A stretch of DNA of 64,000 bases from positions 18,710-82,709 of the forward strand of contig JBAZLA010000001.1 in NCBI GenBank assembly GCA_041650515.1, read 5' to 3'. The translations under genes were made by a program, and so were the position numbers. How positions within the stretch are numbered: position 1 is the stretch's first letter; every line of letters begins with the position of its first letter. The notes beneath the pieces were generated by a model that saw nothing but the letters and a program-made list of their open reading frames with translations, did not search any database and was not told where the DNA came from. Of the stretch, positions 1 to 8,103 are shown one piece after another. Source of the DNA: Patescibacteria group bacterium. Lineage in GTDB: Bacteria; Patescibacteriota; Patescibacteriia; JACRDY01.

Positions 1-51
1 GCGCCACTTCTTGGCTACTTTAGCTTCTGTTTTTGGATCTACTTTTTCCAT
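1..51 (-). CDS. rpsQ: 30S ribosomal protein S17, N-terminal fragment running off the window edge (MEKVDPKTEAKVAKKWR...)
   Basis: Reverse-complement ATG at 49-51 sits 10 nt downstream of the rpmC stop, in the conserved L16-L29-S17 order. Only 17 aa are visible. Confidence 0.4.
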   Translation of the reverse strand, partial: MEKVDPKTEAKVAKKWR

Positions 52-60
52 ATTTTATCG

Positions 61-294
61 TTATTTAACTTCTGCGGTTTGGGATTTGGCTCCAGTTTTA
101 GACTCTAATTGTCGTTTGTTATTTAATTCGGTTAAAACCCGAGCAATACCCTGTTTAATCGTCCGAACCTCACGAACGTCTTTTAACTGCTTGTTAGCAA
201 CTTTAAATCTTAAATCACGCAACTTTTCTCGGCTAGCAGCTAATAATTTTTGTAGCTCAACCAAGTTCTTCTCTTTTATTTCTTTCATTTTCAT
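61..294 (-). CDS. rpmC: 50S ribosomal protein L29
   Basis: The 77-aa translation (KEIKEKNLVELQKLL...LRFKVANKQL) is a typical L29 and lies immediately downstream of rplP. Confidence 0.9.
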   Translation of the reverse strand: MKMKEIKEKNLVELQKLLAASREKLRDLRFKVANKQLKDVREVRTIKQGIARVLTELNNKRQLESKTGAKSQTAEVK

Positions 295-306
295 ATCGGT
301 AATCTC

Positions 307-711
307 TTATTTACTAATAATTTTAGTCCGAACTGGCAGCTTGTGCCCAGCTAAGGTCAAAGCTTCGGTAGCAATATCCGCCGCCACACCATCTAATTCT
401 AGGATGATCGTTCCTGGCTTAACCACGGCAACATAATGATCAACTGCGCCCTTACCGCCGCCCATCGGCACCTCAGCGCTCTTAGTGGTTATTGGCTTAT
501 CTGGAAAAACCCGAATCCATAGCTTACCACCACGTTTGATAAAATTGCTAACCACCCGACGAGACGCCTCTAACTGGCGCGCCGTCACCCATTTGGTATC
601 AAGCGCCTTTAATCCGAAGGAACCAAAATTCAACGCGATTTTAGAAGTCGCATTGCCCTTGGTCCGGCCCTTTTGCCATTTGCGGTGTTTAACTTTTTTT
701 GGCATTAACAT
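307..711 (-). CDS. rplP: 50S ribosomal protein L16
   Basis: Translation MLMPKKVKHRKWQKGR...GGGKGAVDHYVAVVKPG carries L16 signature motifs. Confidence 0.95.
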   Translation of the reverse strand: MLMPKKVKHRKWQKGRTKGNATSKIALNFGSFGLKALDTKWVTARQLEASRRVVSNFIKRGGKLWIRVFPDKPITTKSAEVPMGGGKGAVDHYVAVVKPGTIILELDGVAADIATEALTLAGHKLPVRTKIISK

Positions 712-749
712 ATTAAATCAAATATCCAAATAACAAATTTAATTAAGGA

Positions 750-1457
750 CTAATTCGCCTTTGGTAAAAAAGGTTTATTACTTTTTTTAAAATTCTCTGG
801 CTTTTCAACTGGCATTTGTTCTTTTAAGACTTCACCTTTATAAATCCAAACCTTTACACCAATAGCACCATAGATCGTCCGGGCAGCTCCTCGAGAATAA
901 TCAATCTCAGCTCGTAAAGTACTAAGTGGCAATTTGCCAGTGGTAAAAGTTTCCTCGCGGGCAATCTCAGCACCATTAAGTCGACCAGCAACAATCACTT
1001 TAACCCCTTGAGCACCAGCTCGCTCCACCCGACTAATTGACGATTTAACAGCCCGACGGAAAGGAATACGTTTTTCTAGGTCGGTAATAATGTCTTGCTG
1101 AACAATCCGGGCTGATAAAGAAGGCTTCGCCACTTCTTTAATATTCAAATTGATAATCATTTTCTGACTACCCAAAAATTGCTTCTTAACCTTTTTCTTC
1201 AGCTCTTCCACGCCCTGACCACCCCGACCGATAATAATACCCGGCTTGCCAGTAGCAATATTAATGTTTAGAGAACCACCCGTCCGTTCGATTACGATCC
1301 GATCCAAAGAAGCATTGCGTAATTCTTTTTCCAAAAATTTGCGAATCTTAATATCCTGCTCCAAGATTGCAGCGTAATTTTTGTCAGCAAACCAGCGTGA
1401 ATTCCAGTTATAATTCTGGCCGAGACGAAAAACTTTTGGATTAACCTTTTTACCCAT
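750..1457 (-). CDS. rpsC: 30S ribosomal protein S3
   Basis: Translation MGKKVNPKVFRLGQNYNWNSRWFA with KH and S3-C domains; conserved position in the operon. Confidence 0.95.
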   Translation of the reverse strand: MGKKVNPKVFRLGQNYNWNSRWFADKNYAAILEQDIKIRKFLEKELRNASLDRIVIERTGGSLNINIATGKPGIIIGRGGQGVEELKKKVKKQFLGSQKMIINLNIKEVAKPSLSARIVQQDIITDLEKRIPFRRAVKSSISRVERAGAQGVKVIVAGRLNGAEIAREETFTTGKLPLSTLRAEIDYSRGAARTIYGAIGVKVWIYKGEVLKEQMPVEKPENFKKSNKPFLPKAN

Positions 1458-1471
1458 AAAATATTAATTAA

Positions 1472-2074
1472 TTACATCCCTGACTTACGACTAAATAAAT
1501 TTTTGATCCGATTGCCGGCGGCTTTCTTAACCGCTCTTTTTTCCAAACTCTGTGGCTCGGCGCGTTTGCCCACTCGACGTTCATCAGACACTTCCGGCTT
1601 GACCTCTCGGCTATCATCATGAATCTCGGACTCAGTTTTCTCATATACTGCTTCACCTTTGGGCTTTTGATTAACTATTTCTAACTTCTTATCAGCCTTA
1701 TCTTGTTTGCCTTTTTCTTTAACTTCATGTTTTTTGGATGGCACCTTCTCGGCCAAAATAATCGACAGGTGGGTAGTTCTCTTTTTGATCGGAGTCGCTC
1801 GACCAAAAGCGCGTGGCCGCCAGCGTTTTAAACTCGGCCCTTGATCGGCGGTGATTTTGGCAATATACAAATTACTCTTTTCTAGTTTAAAATTATGTTC
1901 GGCGTTAGCTAAGGCTGATTTTAATAGTTTTCTAACTGGCCCAGCCGCGGCTTTATTAGTAAAAACTAACTGCGATAAAGCAATATTAACATCTAGCCCC
2001 CGAATCTTATCAATAACCAATCGGGTTTTCTGGGGCGACATTCTTAAATATCTAGCTTTAGCTTTGACTTCCAT
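1472..2074 (-). CDS. rplV: 50S ribosomal protein L22 with a roughly 90-aa Lys/Glu-rich C-terminal extension
   Basis: N-terminal 110 aa (MEVKAKARYLRMSPQKTRLVIDKIRG...) is canonical L22. The tail is low-complexity and charged. Confidence 0.9.
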   Translation of the reverse strand: MEVKAKARYLRMSPQKTRLVIDKIRGLDVNIALSQLVFTNKAAAGPVRKLLKSALANAEHNFKLEKSNLYIAKITADQGPSLKRWRPRAFGRATPIKKRTTHLSIILAEKVPSKKHEVKEKGKQDKADKKLEIVNQKPKGEAVYEKTESEIHDDSREVKPEVSDERRVGKRAEPQSLEKRAVKKAAGNRIKNLFSRKSGM

Positions 2075-2079
2075 AAAAT

Positions 2080-2409
2080 TTATTTACTAGCGGTAGCTGA
2101 AGCAACTTTTTTAACCTCTTGCTCCTTATCAGCCACTGCTTTAGCCTGTTCTTTAGCCATGCGACCACCATGGACTACAAACCTACGGGTTGAGGCAAAC
2201 TCACCTAAGCGGTGACCAACCATATTTTCAACTACTTTAATCTCAACATGGGTTTTGCCATTATGAACACCAAAAACATGACCAATCATCTCCGGTGTAA
2301 TGACCGCTGCCCGCGCCCAGGTTTTGATAACTGTGCCGGGTTTAATCCTGGCCACTTTCTTTAACAAGCGCTCGTCAACGTAAGGGCCTTTTTTTAGTGA
2401 TCTAGCCAT
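2080..2409 (-). CDS. rpsS: 30S ribosomal protein S19
   Basis: Translation [19 protein letters not shown]...[11 protein letters not shown] is canonical S19. Confidence 0.95.
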   Translation of the reverse strand: MARSLKKGPYVDERLLKKVARIKPGTVIKTWARAAVITPEMIGHVFGVHNGKTHVEIKVVENMVGHRLGEFASTRRFVVHGGRMAKEQAKAVADKEQEVKKVASATASK

Positions 2410-2416
2410 ATTTCAA

Positions 2417-3250
2417 TTATTTTTTACGTCGTTTAAGAATTAATCTGGTCGACCGGCGATTAACTTTACGGGTAGTATGACCCAAGGCTGGTTTGCCCCA
2501 AGGTGTCTTGGGATGTTTCAAACCAATTGGTGAGAGACCCTCACCACCACCATGAGGATGATCGACTGGGTTCATCGCTTTACCACGAACACTCGGTCTA
2601 ATTCCCATCAAACGTTTACGGCCAGCTTTACCAAGCCGCACGTGCCGATGATCAGGATTACTTAAAGTACCAACTGTGGCTAAACACTCTTTAGTGACTA
2701 AACGAACTTCACTTGAAGGTAATTTTAATTGAGCATAAGCACCTTCAACACCCATTAATTGAGCGTAGCTACCAGCCGAGCGAGCTAAACCGCCGCCCTG
2801 ACCAGGATTTAACTCAATATTATGAACCATCAGACCAACTGGAATAAATTCTAAAGGCATACAGTAACCAATCTCTGGTTTAATCGCTTTTTTTGAAGAA
2901 ATAACTAAATCACCGATCTTCAAGCCCTGGGGCACTAGAATATATCTTTTTTCACCATCTTTGTAAAATATCGCGCCAATTCGAGTCGAACGGTTAGGGT
3001 CATATTCAATAGTAGATAATCGGCCTTCAATATCAAATTTATCACGTTTAAAATCAATCTCCCGATAATAGCGCCGAGTGCCGCCACCTTGGTGACGAAC
3101 GGTAATTTTACCGGTATTATTACGACCAGCATTCTTGCGGTTAATTTTGGTTCTCGGTCTCAAGCTCCGCTTAACCGTAACATCACTAAAAGTATCAACC
3201 GATGTCTGACGGCGTGCTGGAGAGGTTGGTTTGTAAATTCTTAAGGCCAT
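2417..3250 (-). CDS. rplB: 50S ribosomal protein L2
   Basis: Translation MALRIYKPTSPARRQ...GGGEG. The supplied ORF extends further 5' (to 3331), but the conserved L2 N-terminus begins at the ATG at 3248-3250. Confidence 0.95.
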   Translation of the reverse strand: MALRIYKPTSPARRQTSVDTFSDVTVKRSLRPRTKINRKNAGRNNTGKITVRHQGGGTRRYYREIDFKRDKFDIEGRLSTIEYDPNRSTRIGAIFYKDGEKRYILVPQGLKIGDLVISSKKAIKPEIGYCMPLEFIPVGLMVHNIELNPGQGGGLARSAGSYAQLMGVEGAYAQLKLPSSEVRLVTKECLATVGTLSNPDHRHVRLGKAGRKRLMGIRPSVRGKAMNPVDHPHGGGEGLSPIGLKHPKTPWGKPALGHTTRKVNRRSTRLILKRRKK

Positions 3251-3267
3251 AATTCTAAATACTGTAT

Positions 3268-3699
3268 TTAAACTCCTTCGTAAACTTGAATTGTTTCCCC
3301 GGCTTTTAAGGTAATAACTGCCTTTTTCCAATCTTTGGTTTTACCAGTGGTTCGACCATAACGAACAGATTTACCCAGCAGTCTTATAATATTAACTTTA
3401 ACCGGTTTGACGCCATATAGAGCCACTATGGCTTTACTGATCTCCACTTTATTAGCCTGTGGTGCAACTTCAAAAACGTATTTACCTAGAGCGCCTAGGT
3501 TACTCACTTTCTCGGTCATGATTGGTCTGAGTAAATAACGATAAGCCTCTTTTGTATCTTCTTTAGAATGTTTAATCTCTTTCTTCTCGACCGGCGCAAC
3601 TGGTTTTTTAATTTCTGGTTTTTCCGTCACAACCTTAGCCGATTGGGCCTCGGTTTTGACTTTTTCGTCTTGCTTTTTAAACTTATTAAAAATTCCCAT
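3268..3699 (-). CDS. rplW: 50S ribosomal protein L23 with a Lys-rich N-terminal extension
   Basis: Core YRYLLRPIMTEKVSNL...VKPVKVNI is L23. The ATG lies 3 nt after the rplD stop. Confidence 0.85.
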   Translation of the reverse strand: MGIFNKFKKQDEKVKTEAQSAKVVTEKPEIKKPVAPVEKKEIKHSKEDTKEAYRYLLRPIMTEKVSNLGALGKYVFEVAPQANKVEISKAIVALYGVKPVKVNIIRLLGKSVRYGRTTGKTKDWKKAVITLKAGETIQVYEGV

Positions 3700-3701
3700 A
3701 T

Positions 3702-4448
3702 TTATTTTGCTTTCGTACGGACAAGTCGAGACTTGCCCCTACTTTCGACTTTCTTACTCGATTGTTTCTTTACTTTCACCATCGCTGGTTTAGCTGCTGG
3801 CTTGGCCTCTAATTTCAAACCTTGGCCGTATATTTTTTCAATCTCCTGCAAGGCCGCTTTAGAAATCAATAAAAACTTATATTTTAACAAATCAACAACA
3901 TTCAAACTATTTGCGCCCAAAGCATAAACTTTTTCTAGATTGTGAACCACCTGAACCAGCTTGGGATCAGTCGAAGCTAGCGCCAAACAAGTTTTTTGAT
4001 TTTTGACCGGTAATTTATTCAAAATTTGGTTTAGTAATTTAGTCTTCATCTCGGCTAGTTCCCACTTATCAACGACCACTAAATTATCGCTCTTGGCTTT
4101 ATCAGATAAAATCATTCGCAAAGCCTTATTCTTCATTTTTTGATTAATCTTAACCTTAAAATTACGTTCTTTGGTCGGACCAAAAGTAATACCGCCGCCC
4201 TTCCAGATTGGTGATCGACTAGAGCCATGACGCGCTCGGCCAGTGCCTTTCTGCTTCCAAGGTTTTTTACCGCCACCGCGAACGTCGCTCCGACCCTTAG
4301 TATGGGCCAAAACTTTTCGGGCGTTTTTTTCTTGAGCGATAACCACTTGGTGAATTACGGCGATATTTGGCTCAATATCAAATAAAACTGGATTTAATTC
4401 AATCTCTTCAACTTTATCACCGGCTAGATTGTAGACTGCTGTTTTCAT
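3702..4448 (-). CDS. rplD: 50S ribosomal protein L4 with a C-terminal Lys-rich tail
   Basis: Translation carries HTKGRSDVRGGGKKPWKQKGTGRAR, an L4 signature. Confidence 0.9.
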   Translation of the reverse strand: MKTAVYNLAGDKVEEIELNPVLFDIEPNIAVIHQVVIAQEKNARKVLAHTKGRSDVRGGGKKPWKQKGTGRARHGSSRSPIWKGGGITFGPTKERNFKVKINQKMKNKALRMILSDKAKSDNLVVVDKWELAEMKTKLLNQILNKLPVKNQKTCLALASTDPKLVQVVHNLEKVYALGANSLNVVDLLKYKFLLISKAALQEIEKIYGQGLKLEAKPAAKPAMVKVKKQSSKKVESRGKSRLVRTKAK

Positions 4449-4462
4449 AAAAATAAAAAAAC

Positions 4463-5098
4463 TTACTTTTTACCAGCTGCTGGTTTAGTCACTCGAATCT
4501 CTAATAAACCGTTCCGAGCGCCTGGTAGTGCTCCCTGGATATAAAGTAAATTCTTAGTCTGATCAATATCAATAATCTTTAAATTTTTGATTGTTACCCG
4601 CTCATCACCCATATGGCCGGCCATTCTTTTGCCTTTAAAAACCCGCTGGGGGCCAGTATCGCCGATTGAGCCAGGCATCCGGTTTTGGTCCTTATGACCA
4701 TGAGTTTTGTTCTGACAATGGAAGTGGTGACGCTTAACTACACCCTGGAAACCTTTACCCTTTGAAGTGCCAACCACCTGAACTACGTCGCCTTGGCTAA
4801 AATTAGCCACTGTTACCTTATCGCCGCGCTTAATTTCGGCTAATTTACTATCATTTTCCGCTCTAAATTCGCATAAATAAGCCAAATTCCCCAAATCTTT
4901 TGTATGACCAGCTTCTGACTTGGTCGGGTGTTTTTTAACTCCAAAACCAAGCTGAACGGCTTCATAAGTATCTTTCTCTTTGGTCCGAACTTGGGTAACC
5001 ACACATGGCCCAGCCAAAACCGCGGTCACCGGAGTAACGGTGCCGTCAGGGCTAAACTTCTGGGTCATGTTCACTTTTTTACCCAAAATCGCTTGCAT
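4463..5098 (-). CDS. rplC: 50S ribosomal protein L3
   Basis: Translation MQAILGKKVNMTQKF...FKGKRMAGHMG. The supplied ORF starts 11 codons earlier (5131); the conserved start is at 5098. Confidence 0.9.
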   Translation of the reverse strand: MQAILGKKVNMTQKFSPDGTVTPVTAVLAGPCVVTQVRTKEKDTYEAVQLGFGVKKHPTKSEAGHTKDLGNLAYLCEFRAENDSKLAEIKRGDKVTVANFSQGDVVQVVGTSKGKGFQGVVKRHHFHCQNKTHGHKDQNRMPGSIGDTGPQRVFKGKRMAGHMGDERVTIKNLKIIDIDQTKNLLYIQGALPGARNGLLEIRVTKPAAGKK

Positions 5099-5640
5099 AA
5101 GGCAAAGAAAAAAGCTAGTAACCTCTATCAATAATTAATTACCAATAAGGGTTACTAGCCTTAGCTTTTAAGGATATTTTTGGCTAAATTTAGCTAAATA
5201 TTTTCCTTTCTTGCCTCTAAAGACTAGCGTAGATTATCGCCTCGTAAGACTAACGTCACGGGGGAATTTGCTCCACTAATCCTCACTGGTAGCCACAGTA
5301 TAAAGCAAGATTAAAATGCTGTCAAGGAATAGTCCACAGTCCACAGTCCAAAACGGCTTTAATAAAGAAAAAACCGCCCCAAAGCGGATTTGTTATTGGC
5401 TCTGCCGACAGCCATCAGCTAACAGCCATCAGCTTATCAAAAACTCCACCATCGGCAGGCTGAAGATGATCTGGCTAAAAGCTAAGTGGGTGTCCGCAGT
5501 ACAGGCGCCACGGCGCTAGACAATGTGAGACTCCCATTACCAGATGATGACCCAGAACATAATCAACCCAAATGTCCGATAGTGAAGCTCGTCTTTATTA
5601 TACTCCTGCTGGTAAAAGGACGTCAACTTTGTTTAGTACA

Positions 5641-6222
5641 CAGTGCACAGTACCTAGTACACAGTTTAGCTAGATTTAATTATTTTTTTAGAACGATCTC
5701 ATCGTCGGGATATTAAGATACGATTGCTAATTAATAAACTAAAAACTATGACCACAAAAAGCTATCGTGACCTAATCGTTTGGCAAAAAAGTCTAAATTT
5801 GGTTTTAGCCACCTATGAATTGACTAAATGTTTCCCCAAAGAAGAACTTTTCGGGCTAACCACCCAAATCCGTCGGGCGGCTATTTCTATTCCTTCAAAC
5901 ATTGCCGAAGGCTACGGCCGCCGGTCTAACGGTGATTTTCGACGATTTCTCTTAATTGCCAAAGGATCCGCCCTAGAATTAGAGACTCAACTGCTAATAG
6001 CCAAGGAGTTAAAACTAACAGAAGACAACAAATTCACCAAAGCTGAATCATTACTAATTGAGGTGGCAAAATTACTTTACTGTTTTGTAAAAAAAATAAA
6101 ATAGGGATAAATACACAGTAACTAACTTCCCGAGTCAATTACAACCCCAGAGTTCCCTAGATAGACTTGGGAAGTTTAGTTTTTTCTAAAGTACTAGGTA
6201 CTGGGTACTAGGTACTAGTCAA
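5641..6222. mobile_element. Inverted-repeat cassette carrying four-helix-bundle gene 1; arms are GTACTAG/GTGCACA-type heptamer arrays
   Basis: Left arm cagtgcacagtacctagtacacag is the reverse complement of the right-arm type gtactaggtactgggtactaggtactag. Confidence 0.6.
5748..6104 (+). CDS. Four-helix-bundle protein of the 23S rRNA intervening-sequence family (TIGR02436-like, Avd-like fold)
   Basis: Translation MTTKSYRDLIVWQKS...IPSNIAEGYGRRS...ALELETQLLIAKEL is a hallmark of the family. ATG at 5748; the ORF finder begins at a TTG at 5724. Confidence 0.8.
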   Translation: MTTKSYRDLIVWQKSLNLVLATYELTKCFPKEELFGLTTQIRRAAISIPSNIAEGYGRRSNGDFRRFLLIAKGSALELETQLLIAKELKLTEDNKFTKAESLLIEVAKLLYCFVKKIK

Positions 6223-6291
6223 TAAAAAAAGGCGGGTGTTTAGTCCGCCAGGAAACGAAACGAATCGCCTCTCAGAAAATAATACTGCGGT

Positions 6292-6606
6292 TTAGGTCCA
6301 AAGCCGCTGGACCTGCCGCTTCAATGCACAGAGCCTCACATCCGGCTGACTACGCCGGAGGTGGTGAATGACACCAATCACGGTGCAAATCGCCGCTTGC
6401 CCGCGACCCGATTGAACCAAAGTCATAAAGGTCCGATGATCAACTTGCTGACCATTAACTTCGACTGGTTCTATTAACCTGCCCTCGATCAGAGCCACTG
6501 TGCCCGGATCGATCTCGATGGCTGGAAGACGACGGTGGCGCTGTTCCCCCGATCCTCTTAAAAGTTGAGAAATCGTGGTGCCACCTTGGGTGCCTGCGTC
6601 GGTCAT
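6292..6606 (-). CDS. Hypothetical 104-aa protein in a GC-rich segment, with a perfect SD (AAGGAGGGG) 6 nt before the ATG; immediately downstream of tRNA-Thr
   Basis: The only protein-like frame in this GC-rich stretch. It has a strong RBS, unlike native genes, and no recognisable family. Confidence 0.45.
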   Translation of the reverse strand: MTDAGTQGGTTISQLLRGSGEQRHRRLPAIEIDPGTVALIEGRLIEPVEVNGQQVDHRTFMTLVQSGRGQAAICTVIGVIHHLRRSQPDVRLCALKRQVQRLWT

Positions 6607-6686
6607 GTGCCCCTCCTTGTGTGCGGCTCATCAAGCCACACGTTTGTTGAACCATTTACTCCCTTGGGGGAGCTACCTACGATCAT

Positions 6687-6758
6687 AGACCCTGACAGGA
6701 TTCGAACCTGTGCGCAACCAGTACCAGTGGCTTGCTCTACCAACTGAGCTACAGGGTC
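6687..6758 (-). tRNA. tRNA-Thr, anticodon GGU
   Basis: Reverse complement folds as a cloverleaf. Acceptor GACCCUG/CAGGGUC, D-arm GCUC-AGUUGGUA-GAGC, anticodon arm AGCCA-CUGGUAC-UGGUU, T-arm ACAGG-UUCGAAU-CCUGU. 72 nt; no encoded CCA. Confidence 0.85.
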
Positions 6759-6762
6759 GTGA

Positions 6763-6869
6763 TAGTACATAGTACGTAGTACTTAGTACTTAGTACATGG
6801 AGTTTGAGACCAACCATTGTTGGGATATGACTCACTATGTACTGTGTACTAAGCACTACGTACTATTTA
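6763..6869. repeat. Long imperfect hairpin whose arms are tandem TAGTAC(N) heptamers (about 35-nt arms, about 33-nt loop), abutting the 5' side of tRNA-Thr
   Basis: Arm 1 is atagtacatagtacgtagtacttagtacttagtacat; the reverse complement of arm 2 is aaatagtacgtagtgcttagtacacagtacatagt. Confidence 0.8.
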
Positions 6870-6871
6870 TC

Positions 6872-6899
6872 AAAAAAACCGCCCTTTCTTTGGCGGCTT
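6872..6899 (-). terminator. Rho-independent terminator downstream of ndk
   Basis: On the minus strand: GCCGCC-AAAGAAAG-GGCGGU followed by UUUUUUU. Confidence 0.6.
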
Positions 6900-7128
6900 A
6901 GCTGTTGATTCTTGGAAACTTTTCCAAAATCTATCCTTGCTGTTTGCTAACCGCCATGCTGGTCTTCTTGTCAACCAAAACCAAAAAGTCCCAGCGAATA
7001 TCAGGGGTCTTAATGATCTGATTGTTCAAGATGGCAGTTAACATATTATTAATTCTATTGTAACAAACTCAAAATATCTGTCAATACAATTTTTACTATG
7101 TCGATTCGATCCCAACTATTCAACGGAC

Positions 7129-7719
7129 CTAGAACATGATGTCCTCTTCCGCTCGCTGATAATCATGAATCTCATTTTTGGGAAACCAATAATCTACTTC
7201 GTGCTCGGCTTCAGTCGGATCGCCAGAAGCGTGGACAATATTGCGGATCGCTCGTTTATCTGAATTGGCCAAAGTCGGCGAATCAACCGAATAGTCGCCA
7301 CGGATTGTTCCCATGTCGGCTTTACTCGGCAGAGTATGACCAGCGATTTTACGTACCATATCAATCGCGTGCAGGCCAGAAATAAGCACCGCCACCATTG
7401 GACCCGAGGTTAGATATTCTACATTCCAATCATAAACCTTGTTGCCAATCTTAAGCGGATCATCAGTGCCAATTTCTTTAATCGGATCTTTGCCATATTT
7501 AGCATAATTCTCCAGCGTTTTATTGCCCATGCCAATTAACCACGCTTCGGTGCCCGGATAATGTTTGCGGGCTTTTTCTTTACTGGCGACTAACATCTTA
7601 AGCGCAATAATTTTTAGACCCCGCTGCTCGATCCGGTGTAAAATATCACCGATCAAACCGCGCTTAACGCCGTCGGGCTTAACCAATAAAACTGTTTTTT
7701 CTTCGCGTGGACTAATCAT
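7129..7719 (-). CDS. ndk: Nucleoside diphosphate kinase with an internal insertion
   Basis: Translation LLVKPDGVKRGLIGDILHRIEQRGLKI...NIVHASG is an NDK signature. Confidence 0.9.
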   Translation of the reverse strand: MISPREEKTVLLVKPDGVKRGLIGDILHRIEQRGLKIIALKMLVASKEKARKHYPGTEAWLIGMGNKTLENYAKYGKDPIKEIGTDDPLKIGNKVYDWNVEYLTSGPMVAVLISGLHAIDMVRKIAGHTLPSKADMGTIRGDYSVDSPTLANSDKRAIRNIVHASGDPTEAEHEVDYWFPKNEIHDYQRAEEDIMF

Positions 7720-7794
7720 ATTTTTGCCAAAAATTAATTTTAAGTTGGCTCTATTATAGCAAAACTAGCCAAAGAGTCAAAATTAAAACCCAAT

Positions 7795-8060
7795 CCCATA
7801 ATTAATACGGTCGGGGGCTGGGGCGGATGCGGCGCGGAGCCGAAGTCTCCGTCTGGTCGATACTGTCCAGGAGACAAGGCGGGTAGACCGGACTGAGGAT
7901 GAACAATGAATCGCGCCTCAAGAGCCCCAGGACTTTTTTGCTACTTTTTTAGTCATAAAAAAGTAGATCATTACGGAGACGAGACAGGGATTCCTCCGCT
8001 TCACCCCGCCTGCGGCGGGGTCCGGTCGGAATGACAATTAAACAACCGATAACCCGCCGG
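7795..8060. repeat. GC-rich structured intergenic repeat, copy A of five
   Basis: Shares gggggctggggcg, aacaatgaatcgcgcct, a ctacttttttagtcataaaaaagtag hairpin, and a ggtcggaatgacaatt end with the copies at 10320, 38515, 42100 and 58888. Confidence 0.7.
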
Positions 8061-8103
8061 ATAGTTTAGATTCTTTTAATCCTCTCCATTTTACACTTAA
8101 ACC

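Noticed and set aside
11-436. 141-aa plus-strand ORF at the window start
   Set aside because: Lies entirely antisense to rpmC and rplP, which have unmistakable ribosomal-protein translations. Low-complexity product.
3251-3331. 27-codon N-terminal extension of the rplB ORF
   Set aside because: Overlaps rplW. The conserved L2 start MALRIYKP is the ATG at 3250.
1468-5134. Several 60 to 120-aa ORFs (1468..1656, 1851..2090, 2935..3132, 3568..3927, 4928..5134) overlapping ribosomal-protein genes
   Set aside because: All are antisense or out-of-frame overlaps of strongly supported ribosomal-protein genes, with no independent signals.
6290-6690. Possibility that the GC-rich block next to tRNA-Thr is a structural RNA (RNase P RNA, tmRNA, SRP RNA)
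   Set aside because: Both strands were scanned by eye for the P4 helix (AGGAAAGUCCGGGCUCC / ACAGAACCCGGCUUA), a tmRNA tag reading frame with a tRNA-like end, and the SRP domain IV motif. None were found. A clean SD plus ATG ORF explains the region instead. A covariance-model scan would still be decisive.
6455-6747. ORFs 6455..6655 (-) and 6565..6747 (+)
   Set aside because: Overlap the better-supported 104-aa frame and the tRNA-Thr. Arg/Ser/His-rich translations typical of GC-rich spurious frames.
5316-6870. CRISPR array interpretation of the tandem short repeats
   Set aside because: Units are 7 or 14 nt, directly abutting with no spacers, and arranged as inverted arms. No cas genes are present.
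7111-7130. Second tRNA suggested by a tcgattcgatccc T-loop-like string
   Set aside because: No acceptor, D-arm or anticodon arm can be built around it. It lies in the ndk 3' UTR.
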